This document shows positions 37,477-50,027 of a stretch of 64,000 nucleotides of DNA, piece after piece. Under the pieces are notes generated by a model. That model searched no databases, was not told the origin of the DNA, and saw only the letters and a program-made list of their open reading frames with translations. Source of the DNA: Narcine bancroftii. Taxonomy: Eukaryota. A program made the position numbers and the translations under genes. Every line of letters starts with the position of its first letter. The first letter of the stretch is position 1. The stretch lies in contig NC_091476.1 of NCBI RefSeq assembly GCF_036971445.1, positions 174,282,001-174,346,000 on the forward strand. Reading direction: 5' to 3'.

Positions 37477-38589
37477 CTTTAATTTGTTTATAAATTAACT
37501 GACTACATAAACAACCAAATGAAACAGCATTTCTCTGGACCATGGTGTACACACATATACATACCATACACAGTACATAATAATTACATACATGAAGATA
37601 TAATTTAAAATATATGTATATAAATATTTTGGGATGATTTACTCGGTTATGGGACAGTGTTCATCAATCTCACAGCCTGTGGTAAGGAGCTATTTCCCAG
37701 CCTGGCAGTCCTAATTTTGATGCTCCTGTACCTCCTTCCTCATGGGTGGAAAGGGTGGAAAAGATGAAGCAATAAATCATTTGTATTTGCATTAGTTACT
37801 ATAGTCATGGACGTGATATTGTTTTTCCAAATTTGGGGAAACCAAATGTAGTTTGAGTGACCTCTTTGCAGAATATCCTGTTAAGTCAGTGAGTGATTTT
37901 CCTACTGTCTAATTCTCATCACACTCAAGCAACGACTTCTAATCTTTGTCTCCAATGAAATCCAATTTAAATTCGAGGAATAGTACTTCTTCTTCAAACT
38001 TGTCATATTTGCAGTCCTTGGCTCTCAATGTTGAACTTGATAAGCAGTGAGAAGGTGGAGAGTCTTGGCAGGTCAGGCACCATCCATGGGATGTCAGGTT
38101 GGGACTCCTTATCAAGACCAAATTCAGTGATTTCAAGTAATAATCAGCTGTTCCAGCCTTGTAACTTGCATTTACAGGATTCAGCTTTTTAAGCTTGTCT
38201 CTCCTCTTATATTTGCTGTTTCATTCACCACCTATTTACATCACTTTCAGGTGTAACTCACCATCCTTTATCACCCTCTCACCTCGTACAATCACCACTT
38301 CTCTCATTTTCAGCCTTTCACAGGCCTTCTCTTCCATACAATCTAGACCTTGTGCCCATTTCTCATTTTCTGTGCAACTTAAATATATTTCATTTCTTTC
38401 TTTAATTCTCAGTAAAATTCAGACTCTTAACAATTTCTCTCTCCAGAAATGCTGTCTGTCCTCTGAGAATTGACAGCATTTTGTATTTTAATTTGGCCTT
38501 TCTGTTGGCATGGGAAAATGCCCACCTGTCCGCCATCTTCCCTCGCTCTGTATTTTTTACATTTCTTTACCTGCTGACCTTCACTCCAG

Positions 38590-38729
38590 GAGAATTCTGC
38601 ACCTAATCCACTGGCAAAGGAGGAGCTAAATCTTCTTGCACGGCTGCTGGGAGGTCTAGATGTCAAGAAACCTGTGGGCATCGAACCAGGATTTCGCCTA
38701 AATCTCTTTGGTACAGATGAGGAAGAAGA
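38590..38729 (+). CDS. OSCP1: OSCP1 coding exon 8
   Basis: Acceptor ttcactccag; ENSAPNPLAKEELNLLARLLGGLDVKKPVGIEPGFRLNLFGTDEEE; donor GA|GTAAGT; 140 nt. Confidence 0.95.
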
Positions 38730-39368
38730 GTAAGTTAACAATGTCAATTTTTAAGTTGCTTCTTTCACAAGATTCATAAGTGCACATAGCTCTTCACCCA
38801 TCCACTCTTGACAACATCCACACAGATCTGTGTCGAAACCCTCCCCATATGCACAGTAGGAAAGCTTTCTTGTGGCAAGGTTGAGGTTCTTTGAATACAC
38901 TGAGCTATATTTTTTTTAAATTATGAACAGAAACAAACTATTCTCTCAACTTGCTCTTCATTTTGTGGGGGGTGGTTTGGAGATCAGTATAGTGTTATTT
39001 AGTGGCAGGATAAGTGGGAAGTTGAATATTTTTCATCTGAAAATTACTGGGGGTTTGAACTTGCTGTCTGAAGGGGTGATGGAGGCAAAAGTCTTTGCTT
39101 CCTTTAAAGTGAAGGGATGGGTGGTGGAGTCATCATCCCTTTCAAGCCTGTGGACTGAGATCTGGAAAATGTAATCCAAGTAGAGCCTCTATTTGACAGA
39201 TATGGAAATGGGAGACTTTACCGTAAACTCTCACAATTGTACTTGTATGTCCTGGTAGCAACGTAAATGAGTAGCATTGCCGAAGCACCACATGCCTGTT
39301 CACCATCCTAAACTTCAATTCTTAAGAAGTCACAGCCAGTTTTGTTTTTATCTGTTTGTTTCTTGTAG

Positions 39369-39429
39369 CCACGCAGTGACTGTAAGGCCTCCAGAACATT
39401 CTGAGGTTGTCAACATTCAGGCCATCAAG
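39369..39429 (+). CDS. OSCP1: OSCP1 coding exon 9
   Basis: Acceptor tcttgtag; (D)HAVTVRPPEHSEVVNIQAIK; donor AAG|GTGAGC; 61 nt restores phase 0. Confidence 0.92.
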
Positions 39430-39669
39430 GTGAGCAAGGTGCAAGTATATTTTCAGTGTTGTACTATTTAACGCATGGTCCTGAGATTATCGTGCCAGCT
39501 TTCTCCCCCCAAGGTGCTAAATCATGTAGATATCCATGGGCACCAGTGGCTTGTTATTAGCTCCTATAAATGCAACCGAGAGCTCAGGATGGTCAATGAA
39601 GACTGAGTGTGATGGTCTGCAAAATGGTCCCCAAGTCTGCGTTTGGTCTCACCACCATAGAAGCCACGT

Positions 39670-40640
39670 CAAGGGCAGTAGATGACGGTATAGATTAGAA
39701 AGTCTTGTGAATTTTTACCTCGTGTGAAAGGGCAATTTAGGTTGATGGTGAGGGAGGAGGTGTAAGTGCAAGTTTTGCAGGGGAAAGTACCCAGAGTCAT
39801 GGACAGGAGGGTAGGAAGGGATGAATGGATGAGGGAGTCGTGGAAGGAGCGATCCCTGCGGAAACGGGTGGAGTTGATGTGTCTGTTGATGTGGTCAATT
39901 TTCAGCTGGTGAAAATGACAAGGATGGTGCATTGAATGCATTGGCTGGTGGGGTGAAAAGTGAGGACAAGGAACACTTACTATTGGAGGGAATGGGGGAA
40001 AAGTGGAACTCTGAGAAATGAAGGAGATGCGGGAGATAGTTCTATTGACCACATTACAATTAAGTCTCATTACTTGAGAAAGGACATTTTGGATGACGTG
40101 GAATGAAAGGCTTCTTCTTGAAAACAGAGGAAAAGGATGGGATCTATACTGGACCAAATGTAATAGATGTGTAGTCACAGGAGCTGTGGGAGTCGGTGGG
40201 TCAATAGATGGCTTGTCTCTTGAGATGGAGACGGAGATCTAGAAAGGGGAGATAAATATCAGATATGGTGTGGAATTTCTGAGAGGGACCAAAGTAAATG
40301 GCAAAGTTGGTTTTTTAAAAAATTTTGAGATCTGCATGGGTTCAGGAAAAGGTGCCTATGGAGTCATCAGTGTGATGGAGGAAGAGTTTGGTGGTCATGC
40401 CAGGGTGGGTTCGGAACAAAGACTTCCACATAGCTAACAAAATGGAAGCAAGGGCCCTAGATATAAAGGAAATGAGAGGCATCAAAAATGAAGTTATTCA
40501 GGATGAGAGAAAGTTGTACCAGGCAGATGAGTGTTGGTGGAAGGAAACTAGCCAGAGCATTGGTACAGGAAGAAGTGGAAAGCTTTGAGACCTTCTTGAT
40601 GAGGACAGAGGTGTACAAATTGGAAATCTGATTTGACATG
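39670..40640 (-). mobile_element. Decayed Penelope-like RT/endonuclease fragment
   Basis: FRRDRSFHDSLIHSSLP...GTFPCKTCTYT motif typical of this family. Confidence 0.65.
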
Positions 40641-41037
40641 TTTTAAGATATTTAAATCCTAGATCACTGTGGTGTTCAGCATTTTGGATCTTGGTTAGAA
40701 AAGTGCGCTGAGCTGAATTATCATATCAACTTTGATCTTGTTGACTGATGGAACAAACTTAAGGAGAATATTCAAGTCATGTAATTCTATTCTGTCACGT
40801 CCTGTGGTAGACAATCGTAGTCCCCAAAAGGGGTCACTAGATGGCAATTATGAGTGAGTATTGCAGCCAAACTGTGCTCTCTTCCTCACAGTGGAGGTGA
40901 CATTTTAATTTCTCTGTTGGTGATTCAGCAAAGAACCCAGAGATGCACTTCAACAATATCACCTTCTCACAGGCATTTTATTTCCTTTCATAAAATGGTA
41001 GACTGCTAATCACATGATTGTGCATTCTCCTTCCCAG

Positions 41038-41157
41038 GACCAGCAGCAGCGTGAAGAGTTGGTGCGAATTATGGCAGAGTTCTCTGTGCAAGAGCAGCAG
41101 CCCAGGCACACCTGCAGCAAAGGAGATGATCTCCTGGCCATGATGGACAACCTGTGA
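41038..41157 (+). CDS. OSCP1: OSCP1 terminal coding exon 10
   Basis: Acceptor ttcccag; DQQQREELVRIMAEFSVQEQQPRHTCSKGDDLLAMMDNL-stop (TGA 41155-41157), with the conserved KGDDLLAMMD C-terminus. Total CDS 1140 nt. Confidence 0.95.
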   Translation, partial: DQQQREELVRIMAEFSVQEQQPRHTCSKGDDLLAMMDNL

Positions 41158-41323
41158 CCTTCCAGTCAGCAGCTTTGATATTGTAGGCTGTCCAGCACTG
41201 GTTCATTGCCTCTAAAAACTGAACATTATTTTTATTAATAGCTCACTTCTGATGAACTCCTGTACCGTTTTGTGCACCTTTGGACAATTTAATCCAGTTA
41301 AGTTCACTGTGTAAATAGCAAAT

Positions 41324-41329
41324 ATTAAA
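41324..41329 (+). terminator. Candidate OSCP1 poly(A) signal (ATTAAA)
   Basis: ATTAAA about 165 nt after the stop codon. An AATAAA at 43008 is a distal alternative. No transcript evidence. Confidence 0.35.
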
Positions 41330-43104
41330 TGAGCTTGACTGTAATCGTGCTTGCCAATGAGTTTGCCCCTCCGAACCTGGATTGAGGATGATGAAGCAAT
41401 GAGGTAGGTTCACAAAATGAAGAAGCAGGACAGAAGGAATTAGTTGACTTCATTTTGGATTTTTAGAAAGATGTATCTACAGTATTTGTGTATTAATTTA
41501 CTTTCCCAGAGTCCTCATCAGTGAAATTCAAAGTGAATTCACTCGTGTCCTGTGGTGTGGGTAAAGTATCCATTAGAGTGGCTGGGGAAAAATAGAAGTG
41601 GTATAAATGTTGAACAAAAAAAATCTATCGATACTGGAGTCAAGTACAATGCACAAATGTGCTTGAAGACTCAGCAGGACACAAAGCAAGGAAAAGGTAA
41701 CCAATGTTTTGGACCTGATCCCCTTGTCACAAATTTCCTGAAACGTTGGTTACCTCTTACTTCCTATAGATGCTGCACGACTTGCTGAGTTTCTCCAGCT
41801 CTTTTATGTATTGCAAGTGATATGAATCAGGTCCACATGGTTTTGTCAAGGCCAGATTCTGTCTGACCAATGTGATAAAGGTTAATGAAGGAACATAGAA
41901 CTGTGCAGCACAGGAACAGGCCCTTGTGTCTAAATGTTGCTTAAACATTGCTCTCGTATCTGCTTTCACCACTTCCTCGGCACTTTTTTGGATACTGGTC
42001 ACTCTTGGGCTGGGTGGGGGGAAGAATTGGGGAAGAGAGACATTTACATTAAACTTTACCTCTTTCGCCTTCAATCTATGCCCTGTAATATTTGACATTT
42101 CCACCTGGGGGTGGGGGGGGGGGGTGGGGGGAGGAGGAGGGAGATGTGGACATAATCTATTTACCTTATTTAGGCATCTCAAAATTTTGTATACTTCTAC
42201 TTGTATCAGGTCACCCCTCAGCTTCTGACACTTCAATGGAAAAATATTCCAAGTTTGCCCCATCTCTCCTTATGAACTAGCAGCTTCCTGGTAAACACCT
42301 GCACTCTTTCCACATCCTTCCTGAAAAGCAGCAACCAGCACTGCATGTGTCACCTCAGCAGAGTCTTGTACAGTTGCAACATGACTCTCCAACTTTTATG
42401 CTCAACACCCTGACTGCTATGCCTTCTTTTCAAGCCTGATGTACAATTGTTGCCACTTTCAAGCTTTGTACTTGTGTCTCTGGACATCAGTGCCACATGT
42501 GATCCTCTCAAAGTGCAACACCTTACTTATGCAGATTCAACCCATCTTATTTCTTTGTCCATATTTCTAGCTAGCTTGTATCCTTTTGAATCCTTTGACA
42601 ACCTTCCTCACTATCCCACAGCCCTGTTAGATGCTAATTTTTTGTGTTATCTGCAAACTTTCTATATCAGACCACCTCAATTTTTTGGGTTTATATCCAA
42701 CACAAGGGTCTCACCACTGATCCCTTGTGGTGCACCACTGGTCCCATATCAGTGTCAGAATAATATTCCAACACTACCCTGCCTTTTATAGCCAAGTCAC
42801 GGGTTGTTTCTGAATTTCCCAACATCATCTTGTTTGTTAATACTCGAAGCAACAATGACTCCTTTCAAAATCATTACAAATCGTCCAAGAAACCTGAAGT
42901 ATTCCACTTTGAACAGTAAATTTGTAAAATGCTAGAGAAACAGAAAATGCCATTGATTTTTTTAAAAGTTGAGTTTAAATAATTTTATTAATTGTTTATT
43001 AATAGGCAATAAAATGTTGGATGAATAGAAGTGTTCATGATCTGGACAGCTATATTGCAATTGCCCAACACATGAATGGTGTACAAGAGGAAATATTTTG
43101 CAGG

Positions 43105-43988
43105 TGTGACAGACCTAGAGGACTCCAAAACCCAGCAGCAATAGAAATTCACCAAGACAAATGGTTAAACAAAAGTTGCTTTTAATTATCTTTAAACATG
43201 AAAACAGGATCAAACTTGACACTACTGACTTACCTAACTTAACCCCCTTCTAATTCTAAGTGCATGTGTATGTAATGTGTGTCTAAGTTCAGAGATTCAC
43301 AGTCCAATCTCACTCCTCCTCCAAGTTCACCAATATCAGGCAATTATTATACTGTGCACAGAATTTAACATTCATGAATCTTCACCAGGCTTTGGTGCTT
43401 GAAAAGTAAATGGTTACCGCTCAGGAAGATTCTTGTCAGTTTTCAGAGAGAGATTTGTTGCTCATTGGACATGAACTGATTCCTTCCAATTAGCCACTTC
43501 AGTGTCTTGCCGAAGAAACTTGCCCCATCAGGGTTTTCCAGATGATAGCCTCTTTCTTTCAGGTCACCATGGAGTTCCTTTTCTGTTTCCCTTATTTCAG
43601 GCAAAACATTATTTCAGCCATATCCTCTTGTGTGGACCACAAGGGGTTTGAACAGGCTGAACTCAGAACTCGCAACCTGTCTTCAAAATTGGGTTTCAAA
43701 CAAGCTGCCAGCTTCCCATGCTGCAGAAATCAGTTCTCTCTGCGAGAGAGACCGACCAAACAGGTTTTCTCTATAAGAAAACCACATGACCTTAGAACAG
43801 CAAACTGCACTGAGACATCTGTTACTTTCCAAAACAATAATCCATTACTCCACAGCAGGTTCAATGAACTCCTACTTGTGAAGTCCTTCTGCAAAGCAGT
43901 TTCCATTGTCTTTACAAAGGCACTGGGAGCCTGGATGGTCTGGCTTGAGCAGAGCTCTGGCATTTTAAATATAATCTCCTTTAAAACA
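43105..43988. mobile_element. LTR-like interspersed repeat, apparently truncated at the duplication junction
   Basis: Starts TGTGAC and has a layout similar to 24702-25090. Its right end abuts the duplicated block exactly; no TSD. Confidence 0.4.
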
Positions 43989-44740
43989 TTCAAGTTCGTC
44001 CAACCTTGTCTAATCCAGACAACATCCCAGGCACCCTCTGCTGTATCCTCCCCAAAATTTCCACATCCTTCCTGTGATAAATGAGCAGGGCGACACACCC
44101 CTAGTGTTACCTCCCCATGGGTCGAAACGACTGCAGCATTCCTATTCAGCGCATGGACCGATGAGGGCAAGTGTGCTGTATAACTTCAATGCTACCCTGT
44201 CCACTTGTTTTGCTCCTCTCAGGGACCTATGGACTGGCACCCCATGATCCCTCAGTATCCCTATGGGTCCTATCATTTACTCATCAATCCTGTTGAAAGA
44301 CAGTGGAGTCTGCTGGAATGTGGGCCATGGTCAAAGTAGAGGACTCAGCTCTGAGTCATTTCTGTGTCAGTGGAAACTAAACAACCAAAGGTGAAATGTG
44401 GGTTGATTCTTTGTCAAAGCAATGCTGCAAGTTCAAAGCCAGGTCGTTTAATTAAAGCACTAATGAGGAGTAGGAAAAGAGGTTCAATGGCATTGTCAAC
44501 AGTTACTAATAAATATACTGTATCTAGAGAGGGTGTCCAGGTAGATGGGTGATGGTCCAAGTTTAGGCTGAAGGCATCAAGCCAAAGGAATTGGCACAGA
44601 GGGAGTATCAGAATTCAATGTAATGTCGAGCTCAGAATCCATTCAAATGGCATAGCAGGATGAAGGACTCTGCGGATGGTTGATCGGGATCAGAGAGGTG
44701 AAGATTAAAAGGGACTGGGAGAGGGTCGGGGTCTGAGGAA
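43989..44740 (+). repeat. Direct duplication, copy A (partner 50028-50790)
   Basis: 44151-44714 is nearly identical to 50181-50744 (offset 6030); the ends are more diverged. Confidence 0.93.
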
Positions 44741-45120
44741 GGGTGGGGGGGGGGGTCTGAGGAAGGGTGGGGGGGGGGCCTGAGGAAGGGTGGGGGGGGC
44801 CTGAGGAAGGGTGAGGGGGGGGCCTGAGGAAGGGTGAGGGGGGGGCCTGAGGAAGGGTGGGGGGGGGCCTGAGGAAGGGTGGGGGGGGGGCCTGAGGAAG
44901 GGTGGGGGGGGGCCTGAGGAAGGGTGGGGGGGGGGCCTGAGGAAGGGTGGGGGGGGCGGCCTGAGGAAGGGTGAGGGGGGGGCCTGAGGAAGGGTGGGGG
45001 GGGGGCCTGAGGAAGGGTGGGGGGGGCGGCCTGAGGAAGGGTGGGGGGGGGGCCTGAGGAAGGGTGGGGGGGGGGCCTGAGGAAGGGTGGGGGGGGGGCC
45101 TGAGGAAGGGTGGGGGGGGG
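44727..45120. repeat. G-rich minisatellite (GGGCCTGAGGAAGGGTGGGGG-type, ~21-24 bp) just upstream of the LSM10 CpG island
   Basis: About 17 units with variable G-run length. Confidence 0.93.
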
Positions 45121-45124
45121 AATG

Positions 45125-45470
45125 CACCCTCCCCCCTCCCTCCCTCCCTCCCATCGGCAACGTCAACGCGTTTGGCCAAGGCTGGGCGGGCCTTGCCGCT
45201 GCGGGACGACCCCAACCAGGAGGAGCGTCCACCTGCCTCTCCCTCCGAGGGAAGGCGGCCTGACGGTGAGAGGCGGGAGAGGTGCAGCCCTCCCACCGCC
45301 GCCAGCGCTCAGTCGGCAGCCTCCGCCTCCCATCGCGCCGGAACCCAGGCTGGAGGGGCCCTGCTGCCGATGGCCGACGAGTCGGGCGCTCGTTGACCAG
45401 TAAGTTAACTTTCCGACAGCGGAGTTGGCGGCCGGGGTTGGGGGAGGGGAGGGTGGGGGGTGGCGGGCTG
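45125..45470 (+). promoter_or_regulatory. CpG island and probable non-coding first exon of LSM10
   Basis: CpG-dense block. Strong donor CA|GTAAGT at 45400; candidate acceptors before the LSM10 ATG at 47790 (tttcag) and 47849 (ccttaag). Confidence 0.65.
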
Positions 45471-45655
45471 NNNNNNNNNNNNNNNNNNNNNNNNNNNNNN
45501 NNNNNNNNNNNNNNNNNNNNNNNNNNNNNNNNNNNNNNNNNNNNNNNNNNNNNNNNNNNNNNNNNNNNNNNNNNNNNNNNNNNNNNNNNNNNNNNNNNNN
45601 NNNNNNNNNNNNNNNNNNNNNNNNNNNNNNNNNNNNNNNNNNNNNNNNNNNNNNN
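45471..45655. other. Assembly gap (185 N)
   Basis: Run of N in the putative LSM10 intron 1, entered from G-rich sequence. Confidence 0.99.
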
Positions 45656-46089
45656 CTCACTACTTGGAGGCCTCAAACAAATGAGGCATGAGCTTCCGAT
45701 AAAACACACACCTCAGGCCAGGTGACCAGGGCAGAGCCAAAACAGGCCATTCAACCCATCCCATCTTTCCCACCAATCAATCATGAGCTGGCCTATTTCC
45801 CCATGACCTTTGATGCCCTGGCTCATCAAGAACCTCCTGCTCTCTGAGTTACACCACCCCCCCCACCCCCCACCCACCCCCCCCCCACCCCCCACCCCCC
45901 CCCCATGGCCCGGCATCTGCAACCGCCTCTGCAAAACCAAGGGTTTTCTGGAGTCGACCTGCTCCTCTTTCCACAGATCTGCTGCCTGTCCTGATGAGCG
46001 TTTCCAGCATCTGTCATTTTTTTTTTGTTGCTTTCTCCTAGCTCCTAGGAAGTTTGGATGTGTGCTTAATGACCTTTGCAGCTGAAAGG

Positions 46090-46650
46090 ATCTTTTTATT
46101 GTCACATGATAATACTTTAAAAATGCAATAGACGAAGATCTAATTCAACTTTTACCTCCTGTAAGGCAAATGACGAATCACCATGAGCATTGCCCGGTGC
46201 CCCTGACAATAGCAGAAAGAGAAGCAGAGAGTCCCTTCAGAGGCGCCGAGTGGACGTGGATTCGCCTCCAGCGCTCCCACAGCCTTTGCAGCTGCACAGA
46301 CTCCAATTCAAACCATCTGGCAAAGCGAGCTCCAGATTCAACCCTCTGACACCATTAGGAAGCCTTCAGCGCCCGAGGCCCTTTGGGAACCGCCTTGTCC
46401 TCAGCACCCTCTCAAATCCCAGTTCCGATACCTGGTTTTAATAAGCCAGTCTCCCACAGCTGTGTGCGTCCTTCAGCCACTGAGCCCTTCACCAGTCCGC
46501 TGCCCTGAAAAGGTCATCTCTAAAATTCTCTTCGTCCACAGAGGTGTTCTCCCTGTTTCTGGTGCCCTGTGCTGGAACGCTGCTCCCCCTGAGTCTTCAA
46601 CCCCCTCGTGGTACACTGCCCAGCACAGGCCACTTTTTATGCTGTAAATG
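46090..46650 (+). mobile_element. Unclassified interspersed repeat (related copy on the opposite strand at ~27380-27570)
   Basis: Shares CTTTTATTGTCA, CTTCAGAG...GAGTG...CGTGGATT.GCCTCCAG with the reverse complement of 27390-27570. Confidence 0.5.
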
Positions 46651-46659
46651 ATTTGATTG

Positions 46660-47720
46660 CGGAATCAATGCCGACGATACAAAGATAGGTGGAGGGACAG
46701 GTAGTGTGGAAGAAATAGAGAGGCTGCAGAGAGATTGAGATGAGGAGAACAGGCAAAGAAGTGGCAAATGAAATACGATGTTGGAAAATGTCCAGTCGTG
46801 AAATTTGGAAAAAGGAATAAAAGGGCCGACTATTATACGGATGAAGAGAAAATTCAAAATTTGGAGGTGCGAAGGGACTTGGAAGTCTTCATGCAGGTTA
46901 CGAAGGTGCGAAGGGACTTGGAAGTCTTCATGCAAGATACAAAGGTGCGAAGGGACTTGGAAGTCTTCATGCAGGATACAAAGGTGCGAAGGGACTTGGA
47001 ATTCTTCATGCAGGATATGAAGGTGCGAAGGGACTTGGAAGTCTTCATGCAGGATACCCTAAAGATGAACCCAAGGTTGAGTGTTGTGAAGAAGTTTAAA
47101 TGCAATGTTAGCATTCATATTGAGAGGAATAAGATCCAAGAGCAGGATGGGATGTTGAGGCTTTATGAGACCTCACGGAGTATGGAGCACAATTTTGGGG
47201 CTCCTTATTTAAGAAAGGATGTGCTCGCATTGGAGATGCATTAGAGAAGATTCACAAGAATTATTCCTAGAATGAAGGGATTAGCATATGAGGAATGTTT
47301 GACCGCTCTTGAACTGGACTCCTTGGAGTTCAGAAGAATGAGGGGGCACCTCATAGAAGCATTTTGAATGATGAAAGACCAGGACAGAGTAGATGAGGCA
47401 AAGTAGTTTCCCTTGGTAGGGGAGTCTAGGACAAGAGGGGACAAATCAGTATTTAAGGGCTCCCATTAAAACCGAGGTGTGGAGGAATTACTTTAGCCAG
47501 AGTTATGAACCTCTGGAATTTGCTACAATGGGTGGCAGTGGAGGCCAAATTATTGTGTATATTTGAGGCAGAGAACAGGTATATGAATGGTCGGGGTGTC
47601 AAAAGTTAGGGGAGAAGGCAGGGCAGTGAGGCTGAGTGAGAGAATGGGTCAATTCATGATGGAATGGTGGAGCAGACTTGATGGGTCAAATGGCCTGCTT
47701 CTGTATCTTATGGTCTTATT
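46660..47720 (+). mobile_element. Decayed CR1 LINE 3' region containing a 5 x 39-bp tandem repeat (46865-47057)
   Basis: ADDTKIGG, MKYDVGKCPVVKFG, RDLEV and PYLRKDVLALE motifs; repeat unit AGGTGCGAAGGGACTTGGAAGTCTTCATGCAGGATACAA. Confidence 0.85.
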
Positions 47721-47871
47721 TCTGGTTGCTAAAGACCATTACCTTTCAGCTGTGTTTGTATTTCATGATCTACTTGTATTTTCCTTTCAGATTCCAAAGC
47801 TGCTCTGTCACAGTGTGGTCATCAGGCTTGATTTCTCACCTTCCTTAAGGTGATTGCACTGATTGAGCATC

Positions 47872-48237
47872 ATGTCGGTGAGCCACTCCATTAAAGAGCG
47901 AACAATTTCAGAGAACAGCCTCATCATCCTTCTTCAGGGAATGCATGGCTATGTTACAACAGTGGAGCTAAGAGATGAGAGCTCTGTGAGGGGACAAATT
48001 GTTAACGTTGATGCATTTATGAATGTCCGTCTTTCTGAAGTGTCGTACACTGACAGGGGAGGCAAGGTCTTGCAACTGGATGACTTTTTTGTCACTGGAA
48101 GAAATGTACGTTATATTCACATTCCAGATGAGATCAACATCACTGAGACCATCCAATGTCAACTGCAGAAAATTCACCGCATACGAAATTTTGGGGGGAA
48201 AGATCGTGGAAGAAAAGAATTTCCATCAAGAAAATAA
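47872..48237 (+). CDS. LSM10: U7 snRNP-specific Sm-like protein LSm10, single coding exon, 121 aa
   Basis: [23 protein letters not shown]...VDAFMNVRL...[18 protein letters not shown] contains the Sm1/Sm2 motifs and closely matches vertebrate LSM10. It lies downstream of OSCP1 on the same strand, as in mammals. Confidence 0.96.
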   Translation: MSVSHSIKERTISENSLIILLQGMHGYVTTVELRDESSVRGQIVNVDAFMNVRLSEVSYTDRGGKVLQLDDFFVTGRNVRYIHIPDEINITETIQCQLQKIHRIRNFGGKDRGRKEFPSRK

Positions 48238-50027
48238 TGATCCCAGAGAAGTAGAATTGGGTTTATGGTTTGAGGTGCACTAGGGGAAAAGGGGATGAAG
48301 ATTGACATGTAAGGAAAGGGGATCAGGGGTGAGAGGTATATCAGGGTGAAAAATCAGGATTGTGAGGCACAGGATGGGGGATTGGAATCAACACTGGTGT
48401 GTAGTGACATGGGTGAGCACCACCTACGTTCCCAAATCAGTTCAGTTGGCAGTATCTTCAAACGTGAATGTGGAAACTATTGGTTAAAATTCCATCACGT
48501 TTTGCTTTCCAAAGCAAAACTGAAAGAAAACTGCTTTGCTGACTCCAGCCTTTTCTGAATGATACGTTAAATTGAAACACCAATGTGGTTTTGTGATTCA
48601 TGTGGACATAATTGGAAGAACCTGGCCTGAAGTCCTCAATGACATTCATAACTCAGTACCAAGAATATCATTTTCACTCTGGGTCATTGCAATGTGATGG
48701 GTTTTTGCTACACTTGGTGATATCAATCCAAAATTATTTGTTCCACATTATGTTTTTGGGGATCTCTCTGATGAACTATAAATCACTATTGTACCTTTTC
48801 ATTCTGACAGTGTGCAACTGCATGAATTTCCTAACAAATAATTGAAAGATGACGATGGGATTTCCTGAAGCACCTGCAAGTTGAGCAGTGCTGTCACGCA
48901 GGCGGTTCCTTTCTCTACTGCCATTGCTCAAGTGAGCTTGATTCTTTGTGCACGTGTACCACATGCGGCCTATAGAGTTCAGCAGTGGGAAAAAATCAGT
49001 GCTCAGTGTTCTGGCATAATTTGGCACTTACCCCAGTTTACCCTCCTGTAGAATCACATCACTGTTGACGCATTTCACTGTAGTGAAGTGTACTTCCCTT
49101 AATTCACCATTTCAAATTACTCCTCTATAAATGATTCAACAAATACTTATCACCACCTTCTCCACAAGGTAAAGTACACTGGCAAGAGCTCCTATGTGAT
49201 GAGACAGCGTAGATATTCATGTAAAAAAAAATTGTAATCAACAACCCAGTACCAATGTTGTCTTTAAATATCTATGGTTGTTGCAGGCACTTGCAGTTTT
49301 ATATTTAATACCCGTCAATCATTTCACTTCTGCATCCAATGATCATGCTGACAGCTGAACAATAGAACAGTTCAGCATAGGTTCAGGTCCTTCAGTCACC
49401 CAACATGATGCCAGTCTAACAAATCTCATCTTCTGTACATGGTTTACATCAGGCATTCTCATCAGAGTCCTAGGGTCCCCCTGGGGGCCACAGCACATTT
49501 AAGTAAAACCCTTGTTTTCTTCCACCACACATAAATATGTTTCTTATGTAGTGGGTAAGAGAGAAGAAACCAAAACCTGACGTTCACAGGAAAGGGGACC
49601 TATAAACCTTGAGCAGAGTGCGGGATGGTGGGGAGCACAGCTGAAAAAAGGTTGAAAATGGCTATTACTACCTTGATTAAGGGCATTGGTTCTTTATCTT
49701 TGCTATATAAAGTGCAGTGTTGGACCTGATAAGTTTCTCCAGCTTTGGTTTTACTGAGAGTGGCTTGTTTACATCCCTCTTGTTCGTCATTTGCTGCCAT
49801 ATCTGCTTCCTCCACTTCCCCTGGCGACACATACCAGACAGCTACCATTCTCAGTTTTTTTTTTAAATTGCCCCAGACATCTTGTTTAAACTTTCTCCCT
49901 CTCAGTTTAAGTCTATGCTCTCTAGTAATTGACATTTACACCCTTGGAAGAAGGCTCCATGCCTCTCATAATTTTATAAACTTCTATTATGTTGCCCTCT
50001 TAGCCTCCGATGCTGCAGAGCAAATAA

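Noticed and set aside
46768-47244. ORF with 13-aa repeats upstream of LSM10 as an extra coding exon
   Set aside because: CR1 ORF2 remnant with an in-frame 39-bp slippage repeat; flanked by stops and frameshifts.
47863-47871. N-terminal extension of LSM10 given in the ORF track
   Set aside because: The track starts at a TTG. The ATG at 47872 aligns with the start of known LSM10 proteins.
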